DNA of 64,000 bases from Balanoglossus misakiensis (Eukaryota > Animalia > Hemichordata), in contig CM082598.2 in NCBI GenBank assembly GCA_040954595.2, positions 9,005,097 through 9,069,096 on the forward strand. The letters run 5' to 3'. The notes under the pieces are model-generated. The model saw only the letters and a program-made list of their open reading frames with translations. It was not told where the DNA came from and did not search any database. Shown piece by piece: positions 62,801 to 64,000 of the stretch. The position numbers and the translations under genes were made by a program. Numbering within the stretch: the stretch's first letter is position 1; each line of letters starts with the position of its first letter.

Positions 62801-64000
62801 AGAGAATTTGTTGCCGCCATTCTTGGGAGGGGAGAAATGATGGCTGAGAATTTGTTGCCGCCATTCTTTGGAGGGGAGAAATGATGGCAGAGAATTTATT
62901 GCCGCCATCCTTGGGAGGGGAGAAATAACGGCTGAGAGTTTGTTGCCGCCATTCTTGGGAGGGGAGAAATGATGGCAGACAATTTGTTGCCGCCATTCTT
63001 TGTAGGGGAGAAACGATGGCACAGAATTTATTACCGCCATTCTTGGGAGGGGAGAAATGATGGCAGAGAGTTTATTGCCGCCATTCTCGGGAGGGGAGAA
63101 ATGATGGCAGAGAATTTGTTGCCGCCATTCTTTGTAGGGGAGAAACGATGGCAGAGAATTTATTGCCGCCATTCTTGGAAGGGGAGAAATAACGGCTGAG
63201 AGTTTGTTGCCGCCATTCTTTGTAGTGGAGAAACGATGGCAGAGAGTTTGTTGCCGCCATTCTTGGGAGGGGAGAAATGATGGCTGCGAATTTGTTGCCG
63301 CCATTCTTGGGAGGGGAAAAATAACGGATGAGAGTTTGTTGCCGCCATTTTTGGAAGGGGAGAAATAAGGGCTGAGAGTTTGTTGCCGCCATTCTTGGGA
63401 GGGGAGAAATGATGGCAGATAATTTGTTGCCGCCATTCTTTGTAGGGGAGAAACGATGGCAGAGAATTTATTGCCGCCATTCTTTGTAGGGGAGAAACGA
63501 TGGCAGAGAATTTATTGCCGCCATTCTTGGAAGGAGAGAAATAAGGGCTAAGAGTTTGTTGCCGCCATTCTTGGGAGGGGAGAAATGATGGCAGATAATT
63601 TGTTGCCGCCATTCTTTGTAGGGGAGAAACGATGGCAGAGAATTTATTGCCGCCATTCTTTGTAGGGGAGAAACGATGGCAGAGACTTTATTGCCGCCAT
63701 TCTTGGAAGGAGAGAAATAAGGGCTGAGAGTTTGTTGCCGCCATTCTTGGGAGGGGAGAAATGACGGCAGAGAATTTGTTGCCGCCATTCTTGGGAGGGG
63801 AGAAATAACGGCTGAGAGTTTGTTGCCGTCATTCGCGGGATGGGCGAAATGAGGGCAGAGAATATTTTACGGTTGCTGCCATTCTTTGCAGAGGAAAAAT
63901 GAGGGCAGAGAATTTATTGCCGCCATCCTTGGGAAGGGAGAAATAACGGCTGAGAGTTTGTTGCCGCCATTATTGGGAGGGGAGAAATGATAGCAGTGAA
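56817..64000. repeat. 44-bp satellite, about 160 copies, continuing past the window end
   Basis: Consensus GCWGAGARTTTRTTGCCGCCATTCTTGGGAGGGGAGAAATRAYG. Occasional 50-bp variant monomers occur. It is unrelated in sequence to the macrosatellite. Confidence 0.97.

Noticed and set aside
56798-63832. Long overlapping minus-strand ORFs (MAATNSLPSFLPSQEWRQQ...)
   Set aside because: A 44-bp unit poor in stop codons cycles through all three frames, so all frames give the same peptide. There is no evidence of coding.
1-64000. CRISPR array or integron-like cassette array served by the tyrosine recombinase
   Set aside because: There are no unique spacers or cas genes and the context is eukaryotic. The YR element is a later insertion that interrupts one unit, with no sign it built the array.

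Overview
Eukaryotic (probably invertebrate animal; inferred from the TE types) heterochromatin-like DNA with no host genes. Positions 1-56817 are a head-to-tail array of about 25 composite macrosatellite units of roughly 1.7-2.4 kb. Each unit has an AT-rich block of decayed ~335-bp subrepeats, a poly-C tract, a ~220-bp unique spacer and a variable number of GC/CpG-rich 81-bp monomers, mostly arranged as 162-bp dimers. Three units carry single-copy insertions whose ends can be mapped against the empty sister units. These are a 5'-truncated LINE (6814-7581), a compact and apparently intact intron-containing Crypton tyrosine-recombinase transposon (13303-15049), and a PIF/Harbinger MITE (27720-28919). 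The MITE contains a nested palindromic element (~27905-28368) that shares terminal architecture with the Crypton. At 56817 the array switches abruptly to an unrelated 44-bp satellite that runs to the window end. Nearly all ORFs in the supplied track are repeat artefacts. The most notable system is the Crypton and its hairpin-forming relative; the families appear to be known ones, and the mechanistic ideas below are hypotheses.
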